Part shown: piece after piece, positions 25,135-38,716 of the stretch
How the letters are laid out: the number at the start of each line of letters is the position of its first letter
Position numbering within the stretch: the stretch's first letter is position 1
From: Camelus ferus
Taxonomy: Eukaryota
Length of the DNA: 64,000 nt
Direction: 5' to 3'
Assembly: GCF_009834535.1 (NCBI RefSeq)
Contig: NC_045697.1
Span: 4,032,001 to 4,096,000, forward strand
Program-made: the position numbers and the translations under genes
Notes under the pieces: model-generated
Told to the model about the DNA's origin: nothing
The model's input: only the letters and a program-made list of their open reading frames with translations
The model's database searches: none

Positions 25135-27770
25135 CTTAATCAATAGTCAATCAAAGAAAGAAATGGGGAATTTTATTCAAGCCAGCCTGAGGATTATAAT
25201 CTAAGAGACAATCTTTCAGAAAGTGCTGAGGGCTGTTCCGCCAGTTGGGGGTCAAAGCACAATTACATGTTCTCCAGACAAAGGGTTACTCAACAAGGAA
25301 CATACCGACAGTTTACATGGTCCATATCTACACCTACAAGGCGAGTAGTGGGTCACCGTGAGCCCTTACAGGCTTGAGAAAGGAATGTTATCTTCTAAGG
25401 CGTTACCTTCCTTGTGCCAGGAGAAAACTGCTTTTTGGGGGGGGGATGAGGGGTGGCAAGCAGGCACTCCTGAGACTTCTAAAGGAATCTAGTTAATGTA
25501 TAATGCAGATACACCATCCAGTCTAAAGAGGGATAGTGGCCCAAATGGGCAGAGAGAGAATTTTATTTTTAAAAGTAATCCTGTCCTGCCTTAAAATAAT
25601 TTCATATCATCAAACTCCACCCCCTTTAGTGGCCTAATATATTGTTAAATAAGAAAAAGTCAACTTTGTCTAAAATATTTGCTCCCATTTTCCAGTTGCT
25701 CCATTATTATGTGTTGAATGGAGAAAAACAGAGAGGAAAATGATGTAAAATCTTAAAAAAAAATCTCAAATATCAAAGATGGTGGCTCAAAGTACCATTT
25801 AGTCAGAATAACAGTTCTTTAAAGAGATTGAAGATGTGCCTCACAGAATCTCTCTAACAATAGGGTCTCTAGGAAGCTTAAGGACCTGTCCCTTGGCATT
25901 ATCAACAGAAGCCCATTGTAGAGATGGGCTTATCCAAAGGGATTTGAAGGTGGGCCTTTTGTCTAATGGAGTCTAATGAGATTCACAGGAAAACTACAGT
26001 TTTTTAAGATCATTATATCAGAAGAAACAATGCAGCTTGGACTAGAAGGGACTGAGATGGTACAAAATGAAAGGCCTTTGGACCCTCCAAACTTCTAGAA
26101 GCATGAACAGGATGAGAAAATTACTCATCTGTAAACTCATGCTACATGAAAAAGGAAGTGTGCTTCAAAGGGTGGAGCCAAGAGCCTAGATGATAGAGCT
26201 GAGACACGGAGAATTATTCCTCAACTTTGAGAGTGGGCCGAAGAATTACTACGCACCAGTGACTCACTTGTGGCTCCCATTTCTCCTCTTATTTGAACAG
26301 GAATGCTCGTAACAGTTATCCTAGGCCTGTCCAACAACTGTATATTGGATGTGTGGGGGCAAATAATTTCTTTCTTTAGTTTTAAACTTCTACAGATCGG
26401 GTAGAACTGTGGTCTAGGGTCTGGACTTAAGACACCACAGTCATGGAGACTTACCCACATTTGACCTAATTTAGATAGCAAAATTCTGGACTTAGAGATG
26501 ATGCTACAATAGGATGCCACTTTTGGGTACCTTGGGTGAGGGTATGGCTTGCATGTTAGAGGGACATGAATCATTAGTGGCTGGAGAGCAGACTGTGGTG
26601 GCCAGCCTTCAAGGTGACCCCCAATGGTCTCCACCTCTTGTTGTTCATGCTCTTGTATATTCCTCCCCGTTGAGTGTGTACTAGACATGGTGACTCACTC
26701 ACAGTAAACAGAAAAAGGCAGCAATGGTGGTCTGTGAATTAAGAGGTTAGGTCATAAGAGGAGATGTTATTTCTTTCTTTCAAATCATTTGCTCTGGGGA
26801 AAACCAGCTGACTTCTTGTGGACATCTGTGGAGAAAGCTACATAGCAAGGAACTGAGGTCTTTTACCAACAGCTAGCAAAAAACAGCCTCCTTCCAATAA
26901 CCGCATGAGTAAGCCATCTTGGAAGTGAATCCTCCAGCCCCATGCAAGCCCAGAGATGACTGCAGACCCAACTGATACCTTGACTACAGCCTAATTAAAT
27001 GTCCTGTGCTGAAACTATGTGAGATAATAAATACCTGTTATTTCAAGCTGCTAAACTTTGGGGCAATTTGTTATGCAGCAATAGATAGTTAATATAGCAT
27101 TGAAGGAATATACAATTTATTTATTTTATTTATTTATTCTCTTGCTGATGAATATTTATGTTGTTTTAGCTTTAGGGCTATTATAATGAAGCTGCTATGA
27201 ATATTCTTCTGTGTATCTTTTTGTGGAAAAATGTACTCAGTCTCTTTACTGTAAACCAAAGCATCAAATTGGTTAGGTCATAGGGTTGGTTCATGCTTAG
27301 TCTTAGGAGATAGTGCCAAATAGTTTTCCAAAGTTGTGCCAATTTACATTCCTATTGTTATGGACTGAATGTATATGTCTCCCCCCACCACCCCAAATTC
27401 ACTTGTTGAAGCCCTAACACCCAGTGTGACTGTATTTGTAGCAAGGAATTAATTAAGGTTAAGTGAGGTCATGAGAGTGGAGTGCTGATCTGATAGGATT
27501 AGTGTTCCTGTAAGAAGAGACACCAGAGCTCGTTGCTCTCTCCCTCCCCACCCCGCCCCCACCTGTACGCGCACAAAAAGGTCATGTGAGGACTATGGCA
27601 AGAATGTGACCATCTGTACACCAGGAAGAGATTTCATCAGAAACTGAATATACTGGCACCTTGATCATAAACTTCTAGCCTCCAAAACTGCGAAGGGGAA
27701 AAAGTCTGTTATTTATGCTACCCAGTCTGCGGTATTTTGTAGTGGCAGTCTGAGCAGACTAAGACACCCA
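25135..27770. mobile_element. LTR-element cluster (ERV-like LTR about 25135-25640, MaLR-like internal/LTR pieces 25700-26580, MLT1 LTRs about 26594-27095 and 27356-27766, within L1M fragments)
   Basis: tgtggtggccagccttcaaggtgacccc...ggcaatttgttatgcagcaatagatagttaata and tgttatggactgaatgt...gcagactaagaca are MLT1 termini. Confidence 0.65.
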
Positions 27771-28550
27771 TTAAGAATGTATGAGAGTCCCAGGTGTTCC
27801 ACATCTTCCCCAATACTTGGTAGTGTCAATATTTTACAGTTTAGCCATTCTAGGGGATGTATAGTGCTATCTCATTGTGGTTTTAATTTGCATTTCCCTG
27901 TTGAATCATGCAATCTAGCACCTTTTTATATACTTACTGGCCATTTGTATGTTTCCTTTTGTGAAGTGCCAGCTCAAGTCTTTCTCCCTTTTTTAAATTG
28001 AATTTTTCTCATTGATCTGTAGAAATTCTTAGTACAGTTTGAATATAAGTCCTTTTTCAGTTATGTGTATTGAAAATACTTCCTCTCACTCTGTGGTGTG
28101 CCCTTTCACTCTCTTAATGGTGTCTTTTGATGAACAAAAGTTCATGATTTTTATAAAGTCCAATTTATTAAACGAAAGTTTTGGGAGTGAAAGGGGGCAC
28201 TACTAATAATCACATCTAGACAGGAGGTGTGAAATCTTGGGGAAACCATGTCATATGATTATTAGGGGCCATATGGATCTCATGTTATGATCATTAAGGA
28301 TCATACATTTAATGCCCACCCTAGGGTAACAGGTGGAAATTGAGACACAGAGAGATGTGTTCAGGTTAACCAACTTGTCCAAGGTTGTTGAGTAAGTAAT
28401 GGGAGGAACAAGGACCTAATTCTGGATTTGTCTAACTCCAGAACATTTGGCATCAAGTACCCCCACATACTGTCCTGTAATAATTATAATACTTCCACCA
28501 CTAATATCTACTGCATTGATATTTGCAAAACACTGTCAATCACATCATCT

Positions 28551-29173
28551 TGTTAGAGCAGGCAGATAGCTAGATATGAGCAGAGAAAGGGGGACCCAGA
28601 CCAAATGGCAGCAACTGGACAAAAAGGAGGGTCATGGGCCAAATGAGGAATCTCTACATCATGTAAGCACCAGGGGTCTCTGGGCAGAGAAAGGAAAGCA
28701 GGAACCTCTGGGCTGATAAGTAGTCACACATTTGGGGGTAACAAGTGGCCTGGGGGCCAACAAAGAAAAGTGGGAAATGGTAGGAATCTCCAGTGTCTGA
28801 ATGTAACCTTTTGCTCATTATGTCTTCATGTCAGTAAAATTAGCCTTGCAGATTAGATGTACCCATCATAAACTGGCACCATGACACTTCTGATCCAGAC
28901 TAAATAAGGACAAAAACCCCTCCCTCCTTTGGAATGAAAATCAGGGAATAAGACCACAAACCCTTCCCTCCCCAGTGAATATTTCACTCATTCATTGCTA
29001 CACTCTATATAACCAACTTGCCAAGGAAACTCAGGGCAGCCACTCACCTGAGCCTGCCCACTCTCCCCTTGAGAGTGTACTGTCTACCCCTTAATAAATC
29101 CTCACTTAACTTTCTTAACCTCTGCTACTTGTCTCTAAACTCTTTTTGCGATGGGACAAGAACCTCACTTACA
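28551..29173 (+). mobile_element. Solo ERV LTR
   Basis: TG...CA termini (tgttagagc...cacttaca), TATA-like ctatataa near 29006 and AATAAA near 29093. Confidence 0.7.
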
Positions 29174-29181
29174 TCTCTTAC

Positions 29182-29626
29182 TGTTACAGCAAAGTGTTAC
29201 AGCTCAAGTGTTACAGCAACCTGGATCCTGGTGAGAAACCAAGTAGCACTCAGAGGGTTGGAGAACTCTGGTTTATCACACCAGCAGGCCCAAAGGAGTT
29301 AACACTCCAAGCTCTGGACCCTGTCTGTAGGTTTATGTAGGCTTTTATAAGCTACCAGTCTAGACTTTGCAAAATTTTGCAACATCATATGCAAATAAGG
29401 TATTAGAAATGGACCAATCAGGAGTGATAGAATTGGACCAATCAGGAGTGAGCTTTGGGGACCAATAGAATCTTAGGGGTAAATTCCGCTTTCCTAGAAG
29501 CAAGCCATTTTACAGAAGCAAAAAGCCAGATAATACCACAGAGCCAGGGAACTGGATGGCACTGGTGGGAAAGTAGTGGCCCTGCCTGGGGGTCCTGCTG
29601 GTCTTTTCATGGGGCTTCCCACCTCT
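29182..29626 (-). mobile_element. Solo ERV LTR with CCAAT repeats (same family as 46377-46938)
   Basis: Reverse complement aligns to 46377-46938 (gaggtgggaagccccat...gacccccagg...gggccactact; ttgctgt(a/c)aca..tgagctgt(a/c)aca); near-TSD ttac/ttcc. Confidence 0.8.
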
Positions 29627-30469
29627 TTCCCAATGACAAATATGCTCTCTTGGACCACTGGTCTTTATTTATCAGTACAGGAAAACTGAAAGCTCTGATC
29701 TGTGGCACTTGTGTGAGCAGGATTCCCTGCATACTAATGTTAGCATGGCACTGGGTGAACAAGCCTAGAAACAGACTCCATTCAGTCCACAATGCACACT
29801 ACTGGTGCGCAAACATTTTTGTTCAATGAGTATTAAAGCAACATTTACTGCTCCTGCTGTTTTTCAGGCCTGGGTATAAGTGACCAAGACCAGAAGTGAC
29901 CAAGACCAGAACCTGCCTGTAAGGAGCCTGCAGTCTGGCAGCGGTTCTTCTATTTCAGGGAAGAAGGTCTTCTCCCTAAAACATTCCCTGAGGTCCTACT
30001 TGCAGCCAGGCTGCCGGGAGGAGCTGAGGACAGCGCCAAATCAGAAGTAAACTCGGGTTGTTTACAGTCTGATGAAGAGAGTTCAGAACCTACTGATCAG
30101 ACAACCCAAGGCAGCGAGTGAGAAGTCCCCCCAGACCCGAAGTCCGAGAGCCAGGGGTGGGGCGTTGGGAGGAAAGGGCCTTGTGATCATCTGCAGCTTT
30201 TGACTTAAGGGCTCTGTCCCAGAAGAGGGAGCACGTGCCGCAGTTACGGGCAGGGACTGTGGACCCAAGGAGCTCTGAGTTCAAATTATGACCATGAGCA
30301 CGACTTCTGGACAGTTCTTCGCCTATCTCATAGGTTTGCTGTGAGGGCTAAATGAGTTCACACAAATTAAGCACTTGGAGCAGTGGGTGCTTGGGTAGTA
30401 AGCGTATGAACGCCAGCCTGTCTTATTAAAATACAGAGTTTGGAGAATTGCTTTACTTAAAAGAATTAA

Positions 30470-31339
<870 letters not shown>

Positions 31340-32633
31340 TGATAGTAGTATTCTAGGAGTGAAGCCCTAATCTTATTGCATCAAAACTTGGGCAGTGGGA
31401 GCAAAATTGGGCTCAAGAAGAAAAGGAAGGCGTGCTAGTTTGGATGGGTGTTAATAGATACTGTTCTTAGTAGCCTCTCACAACCCTTCTGGTAATTAGA
31501 GAAAAATTAAAATAACTTCAGGTTTGTTTTGTGAAACATAAAAGTCGATTCTAACGGGACAGACGCTGGAGAGAGACCTGCCTATCCCTGCGGAGGATGG
31601 GAGAAATCAAAGAAAACGTAGGCCATAGGGCAAATGGGGGGAGGGTGAGAACACAGGGAAAGAGATAGAAAAGAGTAAAGCTGTGGGCCATCAGTAGGAA
31701 TTTCCAATTTTTCTTCGAGGGCAGATGTGTCAGAGAACCTGTCTGAAAGAAGTGGCATTCTTGTGGGTGGTTTTTTTTTGTTTGTTTTTTGTTTTTTTTG
31801 GCTTGGTAAATTTCTTCCAGTTGTGCTGTACGTTCCCAGCTGATGGACTCTGGTCAGGATGGGCTGCCACCTCGAGGAAACTGAAACAGCTTGTCATTTT
31901 CTTGATTTCATTTTTGTATGTTTTTGACCCCTGTGTAACAGCCTCCCTTAGGGTCAGTGGTTGGTGACCTCCATAGAGGTTCAGATTGTCAAACAGATTT
32001 GTCTCCTGGAAAGTAACTTTTGTTTGAGGAATACTCTAATGAGGGATATGGGGCTTAATCAAAAGTTGTCTCGTGGTCACATTTATTTTTATTTTGCCAT
32101 GTTTTTTAAGTGTTGGGCATTGCCCTGTGTTTTGCTAACACGTGACCTGTTTTTTGAAACTTTGCAACACAAGACTTAGGGTCAGAATCTCCCTGCTTTA
32201 GAGGGGCAGGAGGAGGCACTCCTCAGATGTAGCTGGTGAAGAATGTGGGAATGAGACTGCTTTGGAAAGACTGGGAAGACCTAGAGACAGATGGAGATGG
32301 AAGTTGGGTCTTTGTGGATTTTAGCTCTGTGAGACAAAGGAGGAGAGCTATGCATTTTGTCTTGTGTGTATTGGGTAACCTGACAGGTGACCCCAAATGA
32401 CAGAGAAGCTTGACTAGAGAATGTTGGTGTACACTTGACTGTTTAATACCCTCACACATTACAGGCGTTCAGAGCATCGCAACAGAGAGAGGATCTACAA
32501 AGAGCCTTGAGAGGTTGGAGAAAGGAAGGTGTCATCAGGGCTCACAGAGTCCTTCCTGGTTGGTCAGGGTTGTGGACCTGACTGGGGTTGAGGTCCAAGT
32601 CCAACATGTAATAAGTGTTCATTTGCCTTGAAA

Positions 32634-32639
32634 AATAAA
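32634..32639 (+). terminator. Candidate AATAAA polyadenylation signal of MRFAP1L1
   Basis: Follows catgtaataagtgttcatttgccttgaaaa, which is homologous to the MRFAP1 3' end (catgttaataaaagtattcatttgcttgaaaa on minus strand near 59035-59066). Confidence 0.55.
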
Positions 32640-32665
32640 ACCTAAAAAGCCTTAAAAAACTTTCT

Positions 32666-32790
32666 GTGGGGGAGGGTATAGCTCAAATGGTAGAGTGTGT
32701 TAGCACACACAGGTCCTGGGTTCAGTTCCCAGTACCTCCTCTAAAAATAAATAAATAAGTAAACCTACGTGCCACCTGCACCAAAAACAA
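32666..32790 (+). mobile_element. tRNA-derived SINE, Vic-1-like
   Basis: GGGGGAGGGTATAGCTCAAATGGTAGAG...GGTCCTGGGTTCAGTTCCCAGTACCTCC plus (TAAA)n tail. Confidence 0.85.
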
Positions 32791-32884
32791 TTTTTCTCTT
32801 GTTCCAATGGCCAAAGCCTCTATGTATTAAAGAATCATAAACAAATTTCTTTTGAAATGGGTGTTCTTCCTTGAGTGTCTGACT

Positions 32885-32915
<31 letters not shown>

Positions 32916-34590
32916 TTTATTTGCAGAATGCACAAGTGTGTGTGTGTACTATGTATTTGTCTACAGTGTATACGTATGTTTTCCCCTCAAATAACTCACC
33001 GTAGATTGGATTCCTATGTCGTGTTGCATTTCATTTTTTCAGTATCCCAGGGCTTGATTCCGTGTCTCTTTCATGTTCAGAGCCTTAAGAGACTTCTGAA
33101 TCCTTTTTGCCCACAGCTCTCATGCAGTGTTGTGACAAGCTGATGCCTTACCCCAGGTTGGTGATGAAATGTATTTTAGAGGCATACAAGAGGTTGTCTG
33201 TATTTCCTGTTTGTTTTAGCACATTTTTTCCCTCTTACTTATATATCAGTGGAATTGAAGTAACTTCAAAGTCAGGTGGAAAATTTGGATTGGCTCCCGT
33301 CCGTAGCTCTGAAAGTCATTCGGCTCCCATGAACCGATCATGCCCACAATCCGTTTGCTCTGAAATCTGAAATTCTGTGTTCCCTTCGAAAAGACCTGGG
33401 AAATTCTACATCCGCATGGCTGACTGCGCTTTTTGCAAGTCTCTGCTTAAACGTTACCAGAGGTCTCCCCATGCCACCCTGTTTAAAATAGCCCTGCCAT
33501 CCCCTATTACTCTCTACCCTCTTTTTTCTTCTCACTTGCTGACATGTGATTATTTACCTGTGTGTGGTCTGACTTCTCTGTGTAAAATCAGCCCCTTGAG
33601 GGCAGGGACTTTGTTCACTGCTGAATTCCTAGCACGTAGGCCAGTGCTTGGCTGTCACATGGTTGGTGTTTAATAGTCATTATTAAATGAACAAGTATCA
33701 ATTAGGTATGTACACTTTATTTACAAGTCATTGTGTCTGCTTATCGAGGCAGATAACTCAAAGTGAAGTTTCCAAGCCAGAAACTTCAGTGTCATTCTTG
33801 ACACCCCCCTCCTCAGCACTTCGTCCCCATCCTGTCCCTAAAGCACATTGAACTACCTCCAGAATACACCTTGGATTTAGCCACATCCCTCCAGCTACTA
33901 CAAACCACAAATGTGATAGCGTCCTAACGGGCCTCACTGCGTGCAGTCTTACTCCATTCCTGTTCCCTCTCGGCTAGAGCGAACTGGCCTATGTCAATCC
34001 CTTCCTGAAACCCTTTGGAAAACTCACTTTATCACAGGTGTTCTTGTGTATTCATCAATACCATGGAGCTCCTGCATCATTCCAGGCCCTGTTCTAGGCT
34101 CTGGGAGACACACCAGGGAATAGACAGTCCTGAAGTTCTGCCTCTTGAGCTGCATTCTAGTGGTGCAGACAGACAGCAGGCAGGATAATCACATAGCACG
34201 TTGCCCAGAGGTAAGACAAGTCATGCATTCGACATGGAGTTCGTACATACGTCTGAATGTCTCCGTCTCTCAGAGCTGTCTTGTCCTGGTTTTGCTCTGT
34301 CGCTGCCTAGAATTTAAGCCCCCTTCTGGCCTTCTCTCTCAAGTTTGCATCCCCACAATGTTCCATCTTTCCTTTCTTCTGATTGGCCTTCCTGCCATCT
34401 CTTTGCAAACTCTTTTAACACCCATTTCAACCAAAGTCTGGCTGTCTTAACCTTTGCAGCCTCAGTTTGGCGGTTCCCCACACACTCATTCACTTCCTGA
34501 GTGAAGCCACAAAGAATGTGGACACTTAGGTATGTCCCGGGCTGCAGTTTTGCCAGGTGGTCACCATGCCTAGAGATGTATGTGTGTGTT

Positions 34591-34683
34591 GGGGGGAAGG
34601 GTATAGCTCAGGGGTAGAGCACGTGCTTAGCATGCACAAGGTCCTGGGTTCAATCCCCAGTACCTCCATTAAAAAAAAAAAGA
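34591..34683 (+). mobile_element. tRNA-derived SINE, Vic-1-like
   Basis: GGGGGAAGGGTATAGCTCAGGGGTAGAGCACGTGCTTAGCATGCACAAGGTCCTGGGTTCAATCCCCAGTACCTCC plus poly(A); agagatgt flanking repeats. Confidence 0.85.
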
Positions 34684-34700
34684 AGAGATGTGTGTGTATA

Positions 34701-35200
34701 CAGTCAGTTCTTGTTATTTGTGGTAGTTATGGTATATAAATGCACCAAACACACTGAATTAGCAAATACTGAATCATTGCCCCTAGGGGAAGTTCAGGTT
34801 AGGTCCCTGCCAGCCTCCGGACACATTTTCATCAACCAATCTATTCATAACCTTGTTTTATGTATCTTTTGGTTTAAAAGTGTCTCATTTAACATGCTGA
34901 CTCGCCCACTTTGAGCTCGTGTCCAGCAGCACCACGACGCGTGCCTCAGTGAAGCTGGTCTAACGTGTTCTCTCCACAAGGCACATCACAGCCTTCTGTG
35001 CTTAGGACACTGGACAGCACCTCAGCACTAGGCCTGGGGACCATTATAAACAGTGAAATCACTAACGAAAAACAAAAATGTAGAAAATGTGGCATAAATG
35101 GACCATGGAAGGACATCTTTTCATGATGTGAGAGCCGACACAAGGGGCACGGTGTCGCCTTGTTTGATCCCCACCGGGAACGTGCTGTCACATGACTCAT
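34701..35200 (+). mobile_element. TcMar-Tigger DNA transposon fragment (MER6-like)
   Basis: TA then cagtcagttcttgttatttgtggtagttatg...cactgaattagcaaatactgaatcattgcccctagggga, matching the recalled MER6 5' end. Confidence 0.7.
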
Positions 35201-35882
35201 GTGTGTGCCTCTCTGCATGTCTGTGAATGACTAGAAATGCAAATGAGGACAGACAGACAGACACACACACACACTGGTGTAGGTGTCCTGTTAGAGGAGT
35301 GGGGATCCATGGTGGCCCAGATCAGGGCTCAGAGCCAGGCTGGTGGAGGGGGCGTCCCACAGAGGGCCGCCTGGCATGGGAGTCAGAGCCCTCTGAGCAG
35401 GGCGAGAGGACGAATAAGACAGACTTGCCACCTATCAAGATGCTTAAGTGATGAATTCCCCAAACAAACAGGGATACAGGTGTTGAATGGCCAAAATGAA
35501 TGACAAGTCGTCATTGCACAGTAATTGTGAAGGCAGATACTGACTAAATGTGGCTTAAGCAATATGGCTTTTAGCCCCCGTGACTTGGTGTGCTCAGCCA
35601 GAAGTTCACCAGGGCACGGTGGTCCCAGCGCCCACAGCACCTGACATTCCGGAGAAGGTGAAAATGCACCACCCTCGCGGGTAACTCAGGGACAGAGCTC
35701 AGCCAGGGAGCAATTCTGCAAATCAGCAGCAGGGGGCGCAGGCAGGTACCCCGAGGGCCAGGAGCGCCTGCTGCTCAGGTGGCCTCTTCTGCGGGAAACA
35801 GTCACAAAAGTGGTAGGTTCACCTGAGAAATGGCTGCTGCTTGTTTTCCCAAGTGAGATAGTGGAGATAGTGACTCGGGTGA

Positions 35883-35919
<37 letters not shown>

Positions 35920-36345
35920 AAAATCTGGTAGCAACCTGAATGTCCATGGCCAGATGAATGGCTAAGCAAAGTGAGGTCTGCCCATACAGTGGAAGGTTAT
36001 TCAGCCTTGAAAAGGAAGGAATCCTGACACGTGCAACAACATGGATGAACTTGAAAGACATTCTGAGTGAAGTAAGCCAGTCACAAAAAGACAAATCCTG
36101 TGTGATTCCACTTACGTGAGGTCCCTAGAGTCGTCAAATCCCAAGAGGCAGAAAGTAGGCCAGCAGGTGCTGGGGCGGGGGCGCTGCTGTCGAATGGGCA
36201 CAGAAGCTCAGTTTTACAAGATGAAAAGCTTTGGAGACTGGTTGCACGACAGTATGAATGTGCTTACTTGCACTGAACTCTGCTCTTAGAAATGGTTAAG
36301 ATGGCAAATTTCATGTTTTTTTTTTTCCTAAACCACAATAAAAAT
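35920..36345 (+). mobile_element. LINE-1 (L1MA/MB-type) 3' end following a (TA)n tract
   Basis: gcaacctgaatgtcca...gatgaatgg...agtgaagtaagccagtcacaaaaagacaaatcctgtgtgattccactt...aaatggttaagatgg. Confidence 0.8.
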
Positions 36346-38566
36346 TCTCCTTTGAGCTAGTAATTCTAGATTCAAAATGGAATCCATCTTTGGGAAATTA
36401 TCTGAGCTTAAGACCAAGTTTTGTGCATGGAAATATTAATTGTAGCATCCTTTTAAAAGCAAAGATAGGAAGAACTGTATCTTTACTGAAGAGCGCATGC
36501 TGGGACACTCATTGCCATCAAGTCCTCGCAGCCGTTCCAACATGCTGAGACAGCACTACCGGGTGGCATTCAGGTCAACACGGGGATCTCTTCTGCAGTG
36601 AGAGAAGGGAACACCGGCTGTCCACCCAGACTGAGAAGCCACCTGCTTTTAGACTTGACTTTTACCACCTTTTCTTCTTGGGCCAAGAATCATGGTATTG
36701 CAGAAATAATGGTTTAAAAAAAAAAGACCCCTCCTGGAAACACCAGTGCTGGTTGGACCCGGCTTTTGCTTCATGAGGACCTGGGTGCCAGGTACCCGCC
36801 TCCCCCCTGGGGAGCTGTGAACTCCAGAGAGGTGACTGTGGACTTCCCCGGTTGGAACGGGGACCTTCTGCATCCTGCTCAGAGGGCCCTGAACAGAACT
36901 GGGAGGCAGGGATCTGTTCTCCCAACCAGACATGATTCTCCCGGTTAGAGGAGGGGCGCAGTCAGGATGGGATAAGAAGATTCCAGGGCAACCGGACAGC
37001 TCTGGGAACGGCACTTTCTAGAAAAAGAATCTTCTTCCAAGCAGGACATTTTGATGGAGATCATCCTGTGAGGTGAAAGACCGGCGAAGATGGGCCTGTT
37101 GTCACCTGAAGAGAGGCTGGGAATTGGGAGGACCAGTCAGAGAAGCCCCCAGAAAGACACGCGAAGGAAGTGCCGCGCAACTGTTTTCATTCTCAAGGAG
37201 TCTGGGTTCTTGGTTGGGAAGCACAGAAACCTACTCTGGGTGATGGCTCAGAAGAGTCCACTCCTTTAAGATACTGAGTAGTTCAGATTTGCCAAGAGAC
37301 CTGGAGAGCTAGGTTCAGGGCACTGTGGCTGGAAACCTCTCCAAGACCAGACTGCAAAACCCGTGTGGTCCGCGCCCTTGGTGCACTCGCCTGACCCCAC
37401 GTCTGGGGGAGGACGGAGTCTGCCCGGACCCCAGCTGCAAAGCGGGCCTGGGAGCAAGGGCTTCTGTCTGGTGTCAGCAGCAGCTTCTGTAGGCCCTGCC
37501 TCCCCCCGGTACTAAGAAGCTGGGTGATTTGTCATTCGCAGGTTGGGATGGTGACTCATTTGTGAAACAGCAAGAAAGGAGAAAAAGCAGTTTCCACTCT
37601 GGTCCACACTTTTGGCTCCCCCATGCTGTATTAACCTGACTTCTCATGCTTTGCTGCAATGTGTGTACCTGCTCCTACCTAACCTAGCGCAGCCCTCCCT
37701 CTTGCAAAAACACGTGCTGTCCTTTCCCCAGCGAGGCATCAACCAGAGCCTCAGATCACCGTGTCCATCTCCAAGCTCAGGGTCTCTCAGCGATGCCCAC
37801 TGATGCTCTGGTGGAAAACATCTTCAGACATTAAGAAGAGGCTTCCACTGCTGGGTATTAAAAAAAAAATGATAGGAGTCTCAAAACCGGATTAAATTAT
37901 TGACTTAATACCCAAGACCTCACCTGAGTCACTGGCTATAAACATCAGTGACGTGGGCGCTTGTTTACTGGTGATTCTCATCCTCACTTGTAATTCATTT
38001 CTTCTCTGTCATTGTGTTTTATGGTCTTGGCGGCAAAAAAAAAAAAAAAAGTATCATTAAAAAGACGTTACTTAAAGAAACATGTTTGGAGAGACGTACG
38101 GGCCAGGGTTTGATGAGAGGCTGCCTGACTGACTGGATGTTGGTCCCACCATCCTCCTGTGGGTCCAGCACAGGGTGGCGCTCACTTTGTGCTGATGACT
38201 AAACAAAAGCTGGGGCTGTGCTTCCGGCTGGCACGCGGCGGGCACTTGGGCAATGGCCTGTGAATGGACTCTGGGTCGTTTTCATCTCCATCTCTCAGGT
38301 GGGCAGGCAGTGAACATTTAGTGGCAACTTAATGGGTTATCTCTTGTGTATGTATGTGTGTTGTGTGGGTGGGGGAGGGGAGCTGAGATTTAAGGAAATA
38401 ATCAGTTTCTCTGAGACCAGCATCATTTCATGAGCACCGTATTAATCAGAAGGCCATCAGCAGGCTCAGCCCAGGAGAAAAATTATCAACAAGGGCCTTC
38501 TGGAAGCCAGGGGCCTGCTCCCTGATCCTGCCTGGGTCCCCTTGAGGAATCTGGGCCCACAGGACA

Positions 38567-38716
38567 TCAGTTGAATCCTCCCTACTCCAAGTGCTTGTGC
38601 CCAGCTGTTGTGATTGCAGCCACTAACGCTATGAACTTGCTGAAGTCCCCCTTGGGGTCTTCATCGGCGTCCAGGTCCTTGTGAAGGTTGCCCACAGCAC
38701 CCCTGTCCCCTTCAGT
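38567..38716 (-). pseudogene. S100P: S100 calcium-binding protein P, degenerate exon 2 remnant
   Basis: Minus strand: acceptor ...gggtgtctcctctag|ACT, then TEGDRGAVGNLHKDLDADEDPKGDFSKFIALVAAITTAGHKHLE*(TAG 38582-38584)GGFN*(TGA 38567-38569). This aligns without gaps to the recalled human exon 2 [49 protein letters not shown]. Lies in the syntenic position between MRFAP1L1 and MRFAP1L2. Confidence 0.9.

Noticed and set aside
29878..29911. 16-bp tandem duplication aagtgaccaagaccag x2
   Set aside because: Real but a trivial slippage event with no functional context.
34591..34670. tRNA-like sequences with A and B boxes (also at 4.7, 6.7, 10.3, 11.8, 32.7 and 58.9 kb)
   Set aside because: A-rich tails, TSDs and mutual divergence identify them as SINEs, not tRNA genes.
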